From: Moniliella sp. 'wahieum'
Taxonomy: Eukaryota
Length of the DNA: 64,000 nucleotides
NCBI GenBank assembly: GCA_003971905.1
Contig: RSEE01000070.1
Coordinates: 1-64,000 of the forward strand
Direction: 5' to 3'
The position numbers were made by a program, and so were the translations under genes. Of this stretch, positions 39,568 to 52,965 are shown in pieces; within the stretch, counting starts at the first letter, position 1, and every line of letters begins with the position of its first letter. The notes beneath the pieces are model-generated. The model saw only the letters and a program-made list of their open reading frames with translations. It had not been told where the DNA came from and searched no databases.

Positions 39568-41027
39568 ATGACAGACCACGTGCTGGTACCCGACGCCAGC
39601 GGTCCGAAACTCAACTCGTCCGAGTGGCCGCTGCTGCTCAAGAACTACGAGCGCTTGCTCGTCCGAAGCAGTCATTTTACCCCCATCCCGGCCGGCAGCA
39701 GCCCGCTCAAGCGCGACCTCAAGACTTACATCTCGTCGGGTGTGATCAACCTGGACAAGCCGGCCAACCCCTCGTCGCACGAGGTGGTGGCCTGGATCCG
39801 CCGTATTTGCGCGTGGAGAAAACGGGGCACTCGGGCACATTGGATCCCAAAGTGACGGGCTGCTTGATTGTGTGCATTGACCGTGCCACGCGCCTGGTCA
39901 AGTCGCAACAAGGTGCAGGGAAGGAGTACGTGTGTGTGCTTCGTCTCCATGACCGGCTCGATGACCCGATCAAGTTGCCCCGCGCTCTGGAAACATTGAC
40001 GGGTGCCTTGTTCCAGCGCCCGCCATTGATCAGTGCAGTGAAGCGCCAGCTGCGGATTCGTACCATCCACCAGTCTAAGCTGATCGAGTTTGACAATGAT
40101 CGCCAACTCGCTGTGTTCTGGGTGTCGTGCGAAGCCGGGACTTACATCCGTACCCTCTGTGTGCATCTCGGCCTCTTGCTCGGCGTCGGTGGTCACATGC
40201 AGGAGCTGCGTCGCGTCCGGTCGGGTGCGCTGTCGGAGGACGACAATATGGTAACCATGCACGATGTGCTCGATGCCCAATGGCTGTATGACAACCAGCG
40301 TGACGGTACGTCCTACCGCCCCCTCTTGTTTTACATACAACCCGCTGACTCTGGTATTCGCGACCCCTTTAGAGAGTTACCTGCGCCACGTAATCAGCCC
40401 ACTGGAGACGCTGCTGGTGGGGTACAAGCGGATTGTGGTGCGCGACAGTGCGGTGAATGCAGTGTGCTACGGCGCCAAGTTGATGCTGCCTGGTGTGCTG
40501 CGTTACGAGGCTGGGATCGAGGTGAACGAGGAAGTGGTACTGATGACGACCAAGGGCGAGGCCATCGCGCTCGGCGTGGCGCAGATGACGACGACGGACC
40601 TGAGCTCGTGTGACCACGGTTGTGGCAGCAAAGGTAAAGCGCTGCATCATGGAGCGGGACGTGTACCCGCGCCGTTGGGGCCTGGGGCCAAAGGCGAGCG
40701 AGAAGAAGAAGCTGGTCAAGGAGGGCAAGTTGGACAAGCACGGCAAGGTCATTGACGGTGTCACGCCTGCATCGTGGACCAACAACTACGTTGACTACAG
40801 CGGCAACCCGGAGCCTACAGCGGCGCTGCTGCCACTGCTGCTGCTGCTGGCCCCGGTGGCTGCGGCCGAGGAGTAGAGTAGAGTCCAAGAAGCGCAAGGC
40901 AGAAGAGGAGGAAGCAACGAAGGAGACGGAGGAGACAGAGGAGGAGCGCAAGCGCGAAGAAGAAGAAAAGAAGGAGAAGAAGGAGAAGAAGGAGAAGAAA
41001 GAGAAGAAGGAAAAGAAAGCCGAGTAG
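39568..41027 (+). CDS. CBF5: H/ACA snoRNP pseudouridine synthase (dyskerin)
   Basis: [53 protein letters not shown], a PUA domain and a KKEKKE tail. Intron at about 40306-40372. Confidence 0.96.
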
Positions 41028-43056
41028 CTCTCTCATCCAACTAATCATATTCCTTTCTCGTTCCCTTCTCAAGCTCTACTCCAAAAAACATATCTGCCTT
41101 CGACTGGGGCAGTCCGTCGTGGACAACCAGCTGGAGGACTGCCTTCTCTTTGTACTGTATTCAATTACCTTTCGATACTTGCCCCTTGTCGGCCTTCTGT
41201 TGCGGGGCGGGCATAGCAGGCCATAGCTGGAAGGGGTTGACGCGTGACGCACGTTGACGGGTATTAGCGTTACCTTTCCTGGTTACCGGAGCGTGTTGGT
41301 TGTGCATGTTGGGTGTATAACGAACGCGTAATGGTAGGCTCGATTAGGTTGGTTGGTGGGCAGGGAAGCTGGCCTTTGTGGGGTAGGCGGCTGGGTGGCG
41401 GCAGTGGTGGCATGCCAGGCACGCCGCGGCTGCTGCGGCGTGGCTGGGCGGTGGCCTGCGGTGGCTGAGGTGCGAGACAGGCGGGAGGGCGCGGACAGAA
41501 AGAGCGGTCGTTTCAAAGTTCAAGCGACACCCCTGTGTTGCTAGCCAGTTCCTGTGGCGTTGCAATAGGACGTAGTTATAGGACAAGGCATTAAGCACCA
41601 GCATAGCCCCAATCGCGTGTTCAACGTTCAACGTACTCGGCGTTGAGTTGAGTTCAACGTTCATGCATCATGCACATGCAGCATGCCGTTTCGAGGTTCG
41701 ATGAACTCGTCGATGACCCAACGTCTCCCTTGAAGCTCGGGCGCTTGAGCCAGAGACCACCTAGGCACGCCTTTTGGTTTCGAGAATAGTGTGGATTAGA
41801 ATGGCGTTCATTTTCCGATGGGCGTGCGTGGCACGTAGTGGGACGATCTGAGCCTAGATACCGGTTTCCGGTTGCATGTTACACGTTAATGATTGGTCAC
41901 GACGAGGTGGACGCGCAGCAGGAGTGGGGCTTGTTGAATCATATCAGGATCGCCAAGGCACACACTTGCATCTTTCCTTGGGGGCATACCGTGCTAGGCG
42001 CATGAGCCTCATGCATCATGATCAGGCTCATCATGCATCAAGTGCGCTGGCCTCAGCGAGTTCATCACATTCATCAACGGTTCTCCCGCATCCCCGGAAC
42101 GACTTCCGTTAACGTTACGCGTTACGCGTTAAACCGAAGTGTCGAGCGAACAGATCGCGTTTGACGTACTCAGGCCTGAGGCGCTCAGGCTGCTCAGGCT
42201 GAGGGCTCGAGGTTGAATTTCAGGGTGCGGTAGGGTGTGTCCGGTGGGTGCGGTGCCTGGCGTGGAAGAAGACGTGGGGACAAAAAAGCGGGATAATCGA
42301 AAGGAAGACGTTGGTACTTGGTACATGTGGCATGAATGGGATACGTGCAAATTCAATATGCAAGCCTCCTTGGAACCATGCTTCTCCGACAGCACAGCCG
42401 TGGTTGCCCACAGCACCGACAGGCCACCCAGGGCATAGGCCCAGCATGCAAAGCCCATCACATATCTCACGCCAGCCAGCCATGGGCAGTGGCTGCAGTG
42501 GCGCCAATCAAATAATCGATCGTATGGGCGCCGATTCAATATTCACTCAGGACACTCGCTGCGGGTGGTCATCGATCACGAATGAAGCAATTCAAGGACC
42601 GCAATCTCTAATCGGCACTGGTTGTACTTACCTTTAGTGCTCCAGCCGCCCCATTGCGTACGCGCCACACTGGCCCCGTCCCGCCACTCGCACCCATCCT
42701 GCTCCACACCCACCCACACAGGCACCAGCACCACCCCATTGCCTGACAGCCTCTCTAATCGATCACATCGGTTTATTTGCCGATGCATAAGCATTAACGC
42801 GCTCTGCGTTACGCGTTACGCGCTACGCACCATGGCCAAAACAGACAAGAAACTACAGGCGGTGGCTGTACCATGCAATGGCTTGACCCAAAACGCGCCC
42901 ACCCCCATCCTCTCCAATCGCCCTCCTCCATTACCCACCGTCCTAGAACGCCCCCTTTTTCCCTCCCACCACCACCCTCCAGCTTCGCCCGTCTAGCTGT
43001 CTGTGGCCCATCGTGGATGTGCTGCCAAGCCCCTCTCTCTATTCCCGATATCCCCA

Positions 43057-46047
43057 ATGCCCTGGTCCGTGTCACCGCCTGCACCCACCACCTCCTCCAC
43101 CCCCTCGGCTCCAGGCCACGCCCCTGCACCGCGTGCGCCCCGCGCCACGTCTCAGTCCAAGTGCCACATCGACCCCGCCCCACTGGCCCGCTCCTCTGTG
43201 GGGGCCAGCCATGCTAACCATCACCGCCTCGCCACGTCCTTGCCCGGCCAATTTGCATCCCTCCACCCCACCCACCCGCCTATTGGCGCCAACACGCAAC
43301 TGCGTGCTCAGATTCGCCGGGAACAGCACCAGCAGCATCAACAGCACCAGCAGCATCAACAGCACCAGCAGCATCAACAGCACCAGCAGCATCAGCAACA
43401 CCCGCAGCACCTGCACCAGAAGCGCCAGCCCCAGCGCGTCGCACCGAACACCTCCGCAGTCTCACATGTACCCCGTCTCCATCCTGTCCCGCCCTCTGCC
43501 ATTGCCACGCGCATCCAGCATCCCTCTTCGGATGCCAACGCTTCACTGACCGCCACCACTTCCCCCCCCTCTGCCCCCTCCTCCTCTCCTGATGTGTATT
43601 CACAGGGCCACCTGCGGTTGACTACCCCCTCCTCGCCGCTTGTCCAACTGCCCAGTTCGTCGGGGAGCAAGGAGGGCAAGACAAGCGCAGCCATGCCTTT
43701 GGGCAGTATTGACGAGGAAGGGCGCGACCGGTCTGGGGTTCCTATTCCGCCTCGCTCGATGCCCATGGGCCGCATGGGGGGTCGAAGTGAGTCGAGCCAT
43801 GGTTCCGGTGGCACCGGTACTGGCACTGCGGCCTGTAGCCACGCCTCTGGCCTCTCACTCAGCCGTTTGGGCACCTCTGCCTCAACTGCCTCATCGAGTG
43901 TGCCTCCCTCCGCCCTCAGCCCCCCATCAGCCTGGGACTCCGCTGGTGCTCCCCCCACCTTTCGCCGTACTTCTCTCTCTGCTCTCGAGGGGAAACGTCC
44001 CCATCTCTCGAACGCGGAGAGTACACTAAGTGATGAGATCCTTTCCTGGCCACCACCTCTTCCTTCCACAGCAGGGGGGAGTGATAGTGCCACTCTGCTT
44101 GACCTTTTTGGTACTTTTCCTCCCTCGGTCGTGTCCCACAGCGCGAGCGGAGGGGGTGACACGCCGCTTCCCACCGAGCCTTGGGCCAACACGCCCGCCT
44201 GGGAGCCCTTGCCAGGCTTGGCGGAAGGCTTGCCCGATGGGTCTTTTCTGGCACCAGACTCGCTCAGCACGACGTTTAGTGCCAAGTACTACGAGGCAGC
44301 GAGTAAATGCAAAGCATGGCAACGCCACGCTGCCAAGCTGCATGCGTCCACAGTTGCCTTGACGATGGACAATCGGATGCTCAAGAATTTGGTGGAAGAT
44401 TCAGAGCGAGCAATGTTCGAGGCTCAGCGGCAAGCGCTGACATTGCGCTCCAGCTGCTGGCAATCCACCATGCGCATGTGCGGACTCAACAACGGGTATG
44501 TTCTTTGGAGACTCTGGTGAGAGTTTGCTGCTTAGCATGTTTACAGAGGCCAAAGGGTAGAATACTGACTACTGTATGTTGATCCGCAGGTGGTTGAGTT
44601 GGAGATGCGCGGGGATGCAATCGGATACGGTGGGGGCCTCTTTTCGTCCTCACCGTATCGTCCAGGCTCAGACTTGGGCGCGCTCCATGTCGACGCACTA
44701 GAGCAGGCGACACGAGAGTTGGCTCTAACCGACAGCCACGGCGGTCCACATCCTTTTCCTTCCAGTGTCTCCCGTCGTTCCTCGCGCTCCACCTTGGGCC
44801 TAAAGCATCTGCCCGGACCTTCTCACGCCTGCAGCCCCGCTGCTTGGCCACCCTCGCTTCCATCAGGCGCTGACCCTGATTCTGGAAGCGGTAGCACCTC
44901 GACATCCAACCATACTCGACTCACATCCCGCCCCATCAGCTCCGATTGGTCCGCTCCTCTATCTCACTGGACCCTTCTTGGGGGGACGTCAGTCCCAACG
45001 GTTCATGGATCCATTTGCCAGCACAGGGCTTGGAGAGCGCTCCAACAAGACGGGAGACAAGCGCAAACGCGACTCGGCTGCTGTTGCGCCCTCTTCTGCT
45101 ACTGGGCTCCACGTGCCCTACTCCTCTGGCGCTGTCCCGCCCCCATCCCCGCTTTCTCACATCGACTGTGAGCCCAAGGCAGGCGCACGAAGACCGTCCC
45201 AATACACTGCCCACACCGTTAGGTCGGCGCAGCCGCACGCCCGCTCCCAGTCCACCGCCACTTTGCCCTACACCCTGGTCCCCGTTCCGGGGGGCGTGGA
45301 ATTACCCGGCACGCGGAGACATCGACGTGTATCTTCCTTTTCTTCGCTCCCGAGTCATGCACCTACAAGTTCAGACTCGGGTCATGCACTCTCTTCCATT
45401 CCCGTCCACGTTGGCGACTTGTTCTCTCCCCTTGACCCACCGAGCAACGGCTTGCATGGATCGCCTCGCGCCCCGACTTTGCTCTCTGCTGCTACCACCG
45501 CAACAGCCCACCACCGCTCTTTGTCCGATGGCGCTCGTCCCGTCTCTTCTCTCGCATCTTTCCCTATACCACCTGCACGTCCGACCCTTTCTCCTCTGGC
45601 CGAGATTAGTGACCCATCTTTTCTCCTGCCACACCCTCAGCTGCCTGGGGATGGGGCGAAGCATCCCGCCTCGGCCTATCGCATCGCCACATCAGCCTCT
45701 ACGTGGGAGGAGGAAGGGAGGAGGGGATGACAACGGAGAGGAGGAAACAGAAGAGGGCGATGACGATGACGATGAAAGCGAAAAAGAAAATGAAGAAGAA
45801 GGTGAAGAAGAAGAGAGATGAAACGGCGCACTGGGACGTGTACCAACGCTTACAACATCTCCTCCCCCCTCATGACTTGCACACGTTTGAGGAGTTGATT
45901 CGCCGGCACGATCAGGGCACGTTGCCCCTCCATGGCAGAAAGGGTCTTTTGCAATCTGTCCGTCATCTCGTTCTCGCTACCGACGCTCCTGGCGCTGCCG
46001 ATTGGCTGCGCGAGTTTGAGCGGGTCTGTATCACCTCGGTGGGATAA
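43057..46047 (+). CDS. Hypothetical Gln/His- and Ser/Pro-rich protein with coiled coil and small C-terminal helical domain
   Basis: Long ORF 43057-44520, an intron ending near 44590, further frames, and a helical terminus WDVYQRLQHLL..FEELIRRHD..WLREFERV. Confidence 0.55.
43324..43395 (+). repeat. 18-bp tandem repeat (CAGCACCAGCAGCATCAA)x4 encoding QHQQHQ
   Basis: Directly visible. The last unit ends in CAG. Confidence 0.9.
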
Positions 46048-46702
46048 CCACCTTGTTAGCCCTTTCTGGCTGTCCCCCCTCGCCTTGGATTATTTTCGTT
46101 GTATTGTATACCCCCTCTTCTCCATGACTGATGACCGCTGGCCCTTTACAACCACGCCGGTCTCGCGCTCGGGCTGCCCCGCGAGCTTCTCTCTTCCCCC
46201 GCGCCTTTTTATGATATTTGTTGAGTTCGCTTGTTTCCTGTTGATGTTTGCAGGGATGCCCCTGCTCTATCTTTTCGCACATATCCTATTCCTTCTCCCA
46301 CTCTACCTGGGCAACTTGCACCTGAGCAAGAAAGTCTCGTCCCTGATATACCTTCTGGTGTTGCCCTTTCCCAACCAACTGTGTCCGATCCAATCCATTT
46401 TGTTGCTTGAGGAAAGAGGGACTCGGATGGTGGTAGCGACTAGCTCGTCTGCACTCGAATTGGTTCTCCTTCGAATTGATCTCATGGCGAGGATAGAGGA
46501 GGCGGAGGAGTTGGGGTTGATGCATATATCGGTGTTCGTGCACCCTATTAACCCGAGGCCCCCGCCCCATGCATGCATTCCGCCGCGGAACGAACGAAGG
46601 GGCAGGGCGCTTTTTTTTAGTAGAGTCACCAGACTGGGCGGGCTGGGTTACTGGGCGGATGGGCGAGCAGGAGGCGCGCCAGGCCGGAAGAACGGCGGAC
46701 GC

Positions 46703-48862
46703 ATGTCGGCTCTAAGCCATCGTCTGCGTCTTTGGATTGGCCCCCGGCACCTCCGCTTCTTGCCGTCTGTGCCGCTTGCTCCGCCTCGCGCCCGCCGCGC
46801 CCTCGCCACCGCCACTGCCATCCCGCCCCGCATCCGCCTCCACGCCCTCCCCACCCCCATCGCCTTCACCATGAGCGCCTACCTCGCCACCCTCCCGCCC
46901 TTGCCCACCCTCCCCGGCACGGAGCCCGACCGCGCGCCCTATGACGCCTTCCGTCTGGCCATTGCCCAGCAGATCCACCTTGCTGTCCCTGAAAAGATCT
47001 CGCTCGCGCAGGCGTACGAGGCGGTGATGATCACCGCCAAGGGCGACTCGGACTTTAACGTTGCCATCCCCCGTTTCCGTCTTGGCGGCAAGCCCCAGGA
47101 GCTGGCGAGCGAAATTGCTGCCCACGCCGCCAAGACTTTCCCCAATGCCTGGGTTTCCAAGGTGTGGGCCGCTGGCGCGTTTGTCCACTTCACCATCAAC
47201 ACTTCTACCCTGATGCGCATGACGCTCAACCTGATCAACTCGATGGCCGCCACGCAGGCCAAGACGGGCAAAAAGACCGATGCCTACGGCTCCAACCTGT
47301 CCGGCGTGGGGAAGACAGCGCTTGTCGAGTTCTCCAGCGTCAACATTGCCAAGCCCTTCCACGCCGGCCACCTGCGCTCGACCATCATTGGTGCCTTTAT
47401 TGCCAATCTGTACGAAGCCAATGGCTGGAAGGTGGAGCGGTGGAATTACCTTGGTGACTGGGGCAAGCAATTTGGTCTGCTGGCCGTGGGCTGGTCCATG
47501 TTTGGGGACGAGCAGAAACTGGAGAGGATGCCGTGAAGCATTTGTACGATGTCTATGTCCAGATCAACAAGTTGGCCACGCCCGACGTGACCGGTCTCTC
47601 CCCCGAAGCCGCGGCCGAGGCCACCAAGAAAGGCGAGGACATTCACGCCCAAGCACGTGCCTTCTTCAAGGGCATGGAAGACGGGGACGAGAAGTCGCTT
47701 AAGCTCTGGAACTTGTTCCGTGAATTGAGCATCAAGAAACTCAAGGACACCTATGCCCGGCTCAACATCCACTTTGATGAGTACAATGGCGAGTCGCAGG
47801 TGTCCAAGGAGGACATTAATGCGGCTGTTACCAAGCTCAAGTCCATCCCGGGCCTGTTGATCGAGGACAAGGGCGCGCTGCTGGCCGACCTGACCAAGTA
47901 CAAGCTCGAACGCCCGATCGTCGTTCGCTCCGACGGCACCCCGCTCTACATTACTCGTGACATTGCGTCGGTAGCTTCGCGCATGCAGCGCAACGAAGGC
48001 AAGGGCTTTGACAAGCTCATCTACGTCATTGCCTCGCAACAGGACCTCCACGTTGCCCAGTTCTTCAAGGTGGCCGAACTGATGGGCTACGAGTGGGCCC
48101 AGCCCAAGGAGAACCGGTTGCTGCACATCAACTTTGGATGGTGCAGGGCATGTCCACCCGCAAGGGCACCGTCGTCTTCCTCGATGACATTCTCAACCAA
48201 ACGCGGACAACATGCTGGTGTGATGCAGAAGAACGAGGTCAAGTATGCGCAGGTCGAGGACCCGCTCGGCGTTGCCGACACGGTGGGCATGACCGCGGTC
48301 AAGATCCAGGACATGCAGGGCAAGCGCATCAACAATTACACCTTCAACTGGGACCGGATGCTTTCGTTCGAAGGGTGAAGGGGCCCCGTAAATGCAATAC
48401 AACCATGCGCGCATGTGCTCGGTCGAGCGCAAGAATGGGGATGGCTTGGTGCTGCCCAACCCGGTGCCCCACCCCGAGGAGATCAACACCGACTTGCTCA
48501 CCGAGCCCAAGGCGCGCGAGCTCGCCCTCCTCATTGCCGCCTGGCCCGAAACGATCCGGGCGGCGTTCAAGGACAACCAGCCGTCAACGATCGTCACGTA
48601 CTGTTTCAAGCTGACCCACGTGATTGCTTCGGCATGGGAAGTGCTGATTGTCAAGGGCCAAGAGCGGGATTTGGCCTTGGCGCGGCTCTGGCTCTACCGC
48701 TGCGCCCGCGAGGTGCTGGGCTCGGCGCTGCGTCTGCTGACCAACATCCGTACGTCTTGTTCCTTTCTCCTTTCCTTAACCCTTCTGCGCTGCCGCTGCG
48801 ATTCAGAGAGCTGGACTGACCTTCTCATTTTTTCCTTTCCTCCAGCGGCCGAACGCATGTAA
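46703..48862 (+). CDS. RRS1: Arginyl-tRNA synthetase
   Basis: VEFSSVNIAKPFHAGHLRSTIIG (HIGH motif), NYLGDWGKQFGLLA, RSDGTPLYITRD, GMSTRKG and QYNHARMCS. Terminal intron at about 48749-48845 before ERM-stop. Confidence 0.95.
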
Positions 48863-49714
48863 AAATCTCTTCTTTCTTCTGCATTGGTCTTTCTCCACCG
48901 ACGAGGCGAGAGAGGGGCGTTGCTATTCCCGCAGCCTCGATGTGTGCCTCTGGAGCAGAAGGTGGGATGGGGCAGACGTAGGAAGTAGGTCCAAAGACTA
49001 CTTAGCTTGACGTAGCGTCCTTCTCGTCCAATAACCCCGGCGTCCACGTTCAACGCTACTCGAAGATCGTCGACCAGATCGATCGATGTGGGGATGGGGT
49101 TAGGAGTTTAGCACAGGGATGGCCGAGGTTCGCACCAGCGGCCCTGCGGCTCCCGCTTTGATGGGAGGCAAGAGGAGATGGGTCGGATGTTTGAGTAATC
49201 TTCCTGTGCTGTGATGCATGATGAGCCCAGGTGATACTCCCCCGATGAGTTGGGCTTTGGCCAGGCGACAGACCAGGACGACCCCATCCGATCTCGAGCG
49301 CATCAAGCATTGCAGAGCGAGCAGGGTCAGTCAGAGTCAGACAGCGTCACGCCGTGTCCGGCAGTGTCTGCAACCGTCACCGATCTCAGCCTCATCGATC
49401 GCTGGGTCACACTAGGGGAGTGGGGAGACATTTGAGACTGCCCCTGTGCGTGGCGCGAGCAAGCGAAGGATGTCTGTGCGGTTAATATAAGTTTTCGTTA
49501 TAGGCGACGCAGCGGCGGCGCTCGGGCCACCTTCTGATTCTGAACTGGGCAAGCTGAGAAGTGGGAGAGAAGAGCGATGCCCATCCCCGGGAGAAAGTTC
49601 AGTAGGAGCCTGCTTACGCGCTTACGCTCATAGCAGCCCCCGTCTCTCTTTTAAACCCCCCCCTTTCCCCACCTCGCCCCCTCGACACCACCACCCACTA
49701 CCACAGCCCCCACC

Positions 49715-50925
49715 ATGTCCAGCCAACAGCTTGAAAGCCGCATCAAAGCGCTCGAGGCCGAAGTCGCCGCGCTCAAAGCCGCCGGGGCCAAGGCCCAGGC
49801 CATCCCACCCCCTGGCCCCATCGCCCCGCCTCCAGCCTCCGCCGACGAAGGCGAGAACGCCGGGGTGCACGACGATGCTCCAGTTCCGCTCCCAGCACCG
49901 GGGGAGCAGTAGTGCCCCCTCCCAGGGGATCACCCAGTTTACGCCCAACTACGATCACCAAGTGCCTTCGTTTGACCTGATGGGGCTCAAGCCCGAGCTT
50001 GTGGCGGCGCTGCGTGAGAATGGGTAAGTGCCGCTTTTGGGGCGGTTGCTTTGGATGAGGTAAGTCGAGTAAGTGCTAACTGAAACAACGCCCGGCGTCG
50101 ACAGGTACACTACACCTACTGCCCTCCAGTCCGTCGCCTTGGTTCCCATCATTCGCGGAAGGAACGTGCTGATCCAAGGGCCCGAAGAGGCCGGACGCAT
50201 CATCTCGTATGCCCTGAGTGCCATCCAGTTGGTAGACCCGTCGCGGGTCCATGTCCAAGCCTTGGTCCTGGCTGCCAACAAGGAACGTGCTGTGCGGATT
50301 GCCAAGGCGATCCGTGTGTTGGGCGGGGAAGAGTCGGCACCGCGGTCGGGCATGACGGCGAAAGTGTACGCCTGTGTGGCGGGCACGTCAACTGTGACAG
50401 ACATTGAAGCCTTGTCGCGGCGCCCCCAAATTGTAGTGGGCACGCCCGGCCGTATCTTCCACCTCTTGGACCGCGACCATCTCTCCACGTCTCATCTCAA
50501 GGTTATGATCTGTGACGAGGCGGACGACCTCCTGACCACCTTTAAACAGCTGGTGGGCGAAATTCGCCGTATTTTGCCTGACAACCCTCTGTTCCAATCG
50601 GTCTGGGCCGCCGACAGCTTCCCCCCCGGCCCGCTCAACCTGGCTCTCAAGTACGCCCACGCGCCCACCATGATTCAGGTGCGGACCCAAGATGGCGTTT
50701 TCCGCGTTGTGGAGGCGGTGCACAAGATCCAGGACCAGGAGGACAGGTATGTGCTGCCGTCCAAAATCTGATCCTTCTCCTTCGCCCATGTGCAAACTCT
50801 CTGGAGGTGGTCCTTGCCGGCCATTGTGCTGAGCCTCCAGTCGCACCCCTTATTCCCGCATCACTGACAATCTTCCGTTCACCACCCTCTTCCCTTTCTT
50901 GCCCGCGCTCAACAGCTACCCTTGA
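49715..50925 (+). CDS. eIF4A-like DEAD-box protein, RecA1 domain only, with degenerate motifs
   Basis: Q motif FDLMGLKPEL..GYTTPTALQ, QALVL, IVVGTPGRI and DEAD. Introns at 50024-50104 and 50747-50915, stop TGA at 50923-50925. Confidence 0.8.
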
Positions 50926-51643
50926 ACGTCTAGACCACCTTCCGCGTCCTTAATGGCGTCCCGTAATAACGCACCATAATCTCACTGTTCCGCCTTAGTT
51001 GGGTCTTCGTACCTATCCTTAAGGGCGTATCGTATTGCACTGTACACAACCTCAAATGGAGTTCACTTCGCCTTGTATCTAATCACTTCAACAGTTACAG
51101 AAGTAGCACAGGTAGCAGGCAGCATCTCTCCCTATTCTTACGCAGCCACTCAAGAAGTCTCTCTCTGTTTGCGGCAACCCCCACGCCCGACCGCCAAGAT
51201 CGTTGTTCATGTCCGTCGTTTCGCTGTGGCGCCCCAGGGGTGCCTTACGGGACGGTGGTCGAGAGGGAAAGGAAGGGCGGGACAGTTGCCATGGGCTACC
51301 AACCAAATCTGGGTCAAATGCACATGCCACTTTGACCCAAAGGACAGAGGAAGCGAACTGACGAGCGGGCAAAGAGGATAGGGGGGAAATGGCGGTCATC
51401 GTTCAACTCAACCTGTAGGAGCAGACGGGACCATGAAGGCGTGCAAGGGGATGAGCGTCATTGGTAAAAAAAAGGAAATCCCCGGGGGAATGGGTGGGAG
51501 GGGATAAGGTACATAGGCGCCCACAAGAAGGGAAGAGGCACACGAACACCAGGTGGAGAGAAGAAGTGCGAGACAAAAAGACGAGGGAGCATTCCGAGTC
51601 ACAAGAGTTGTAGCCTAGGGTAAGGTGGGAAGTAAGCGTACGC

Positions 51644-52426
51644 TTAGCAGCACCCGCCCGTGCCCCCCTGCGTCAAGTTTTGCCCTGGAGTGACATTGAG
51701 CGTCCCCTTGCTCGCGCCCGCGCCGGCGCCGGCGCCGCCGGCCGATGCGGCCGAGGTACGGTCCTTGATCTGCTTGGCCATGGTGAGGAAAGCCTGCTCG
51801 ACATTGGTCGAGTCCTTGGCCGAGGTTTCAAGGAAAGGAATGTCGAGCGAGTCGGCAAACTCCTTGGCCACACTGTACTCTACCGCCCGCTTGTCGGTCA
51901 AGTCGCTCTTGTTGCCCACCAGCAACTTGTTCACCCCCTCGGTCGCGTACCGGTCAATCTCTTGCAGCCACTGCTTGACGTTCTGGAACGAGTCTGCCTC
52001 TGTCACATCGTACACCACAATGATCCCGTGCGCACCGCGGTAGTACGAAGACGTGATGGTGCGGAAGCGTTCTTGGCCCGCCGTGTCCCACTGAGCAGAG
52101 GGATGGATGGATGGTCAGCTCAGGGGGTGGCTGCGTGCAGTTAGCCAAAGGGGGAGGGGGGACGTACGATCTGAAGCTTGACCGTCTTGCCCTCGAGCTC
52201 GATGGTGCGGATCTTGAAGTCAACACCGATGGTGGAGATGTAGCTCTCGGTGTACGTGTCGTCGGCAAAGCGGAGGAGCAAGCACGACTTGCCCAACCTG
52301 TGCAGAGCAACCACTAGTCAGCCGCCGTCGGCGCGCAGAAGGGAGGAGCAGGGAGCGGGAGGGGAACTACGCACCCGAGTCGCCGATGAGGAGCAGCTTG
52401 AAGAGGGTAGTCGTACTCGGGGTCAT
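51644..52426 (-). CDS. YPT1: Rab1 GTPase
   Basis: [70 protein letters not shown] and C-terminal GGCC. Two introns. Confidence 0.97.
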
Positions 52427-52965
52427 CGTGGTGGCGGTGGCAGGGGGGCAGCGGGAGGTGGAGGTGGTGGGGCCGAGGCGAGGGCGCTGGACGTACCTCA
52501 GACGCACCTCCCAGTGCACGCGTGAGCTGCAACCGCTGAGCGATACACCCCCTGACCGTCTGCCACGTTGCCTGCCCGAAGCGACGCACAGCCCACACTG
52601 CCCCCTGCCTCCCCTTTCCTCTAACCCGCCCCGACGGCCTCCGCACCGCGCCAGCCTGGGCCTCCCCCGCCGCGCAGTCGACCCGCAGCACGGCGCCACT
52701 GTGTCTCCTCTTTGCTCGCCTTCATGTCACACCCCGGCCTCCGGCCTCCGGGAGGCATTGCGTAATCCAATCAGCTTGGTTTGCGGTGATGGAGATGGGA
52801 TCATCGGTGATGGTCAGGTGACCGGCCAAGAATTTCACCACTGGCTAGGGGGGCATTAACCATTGGTCATTGATCATCGATCATCGGCATTAGTAGTAGA
52901 ACATATAGCAGCAACGAGTGCACCCGCATCCAGCCCAAGTCGAGCCCAGTGGCGGACACGCGACA

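Noticed and set aside
40930..41025. AAG/GAG repeat arrays in CBF5 (and NOP56) as repeat elements or CRISPR-like arrays
   Set aside because: They encode the well-known KKE tails and have no repeat-spacer structure.
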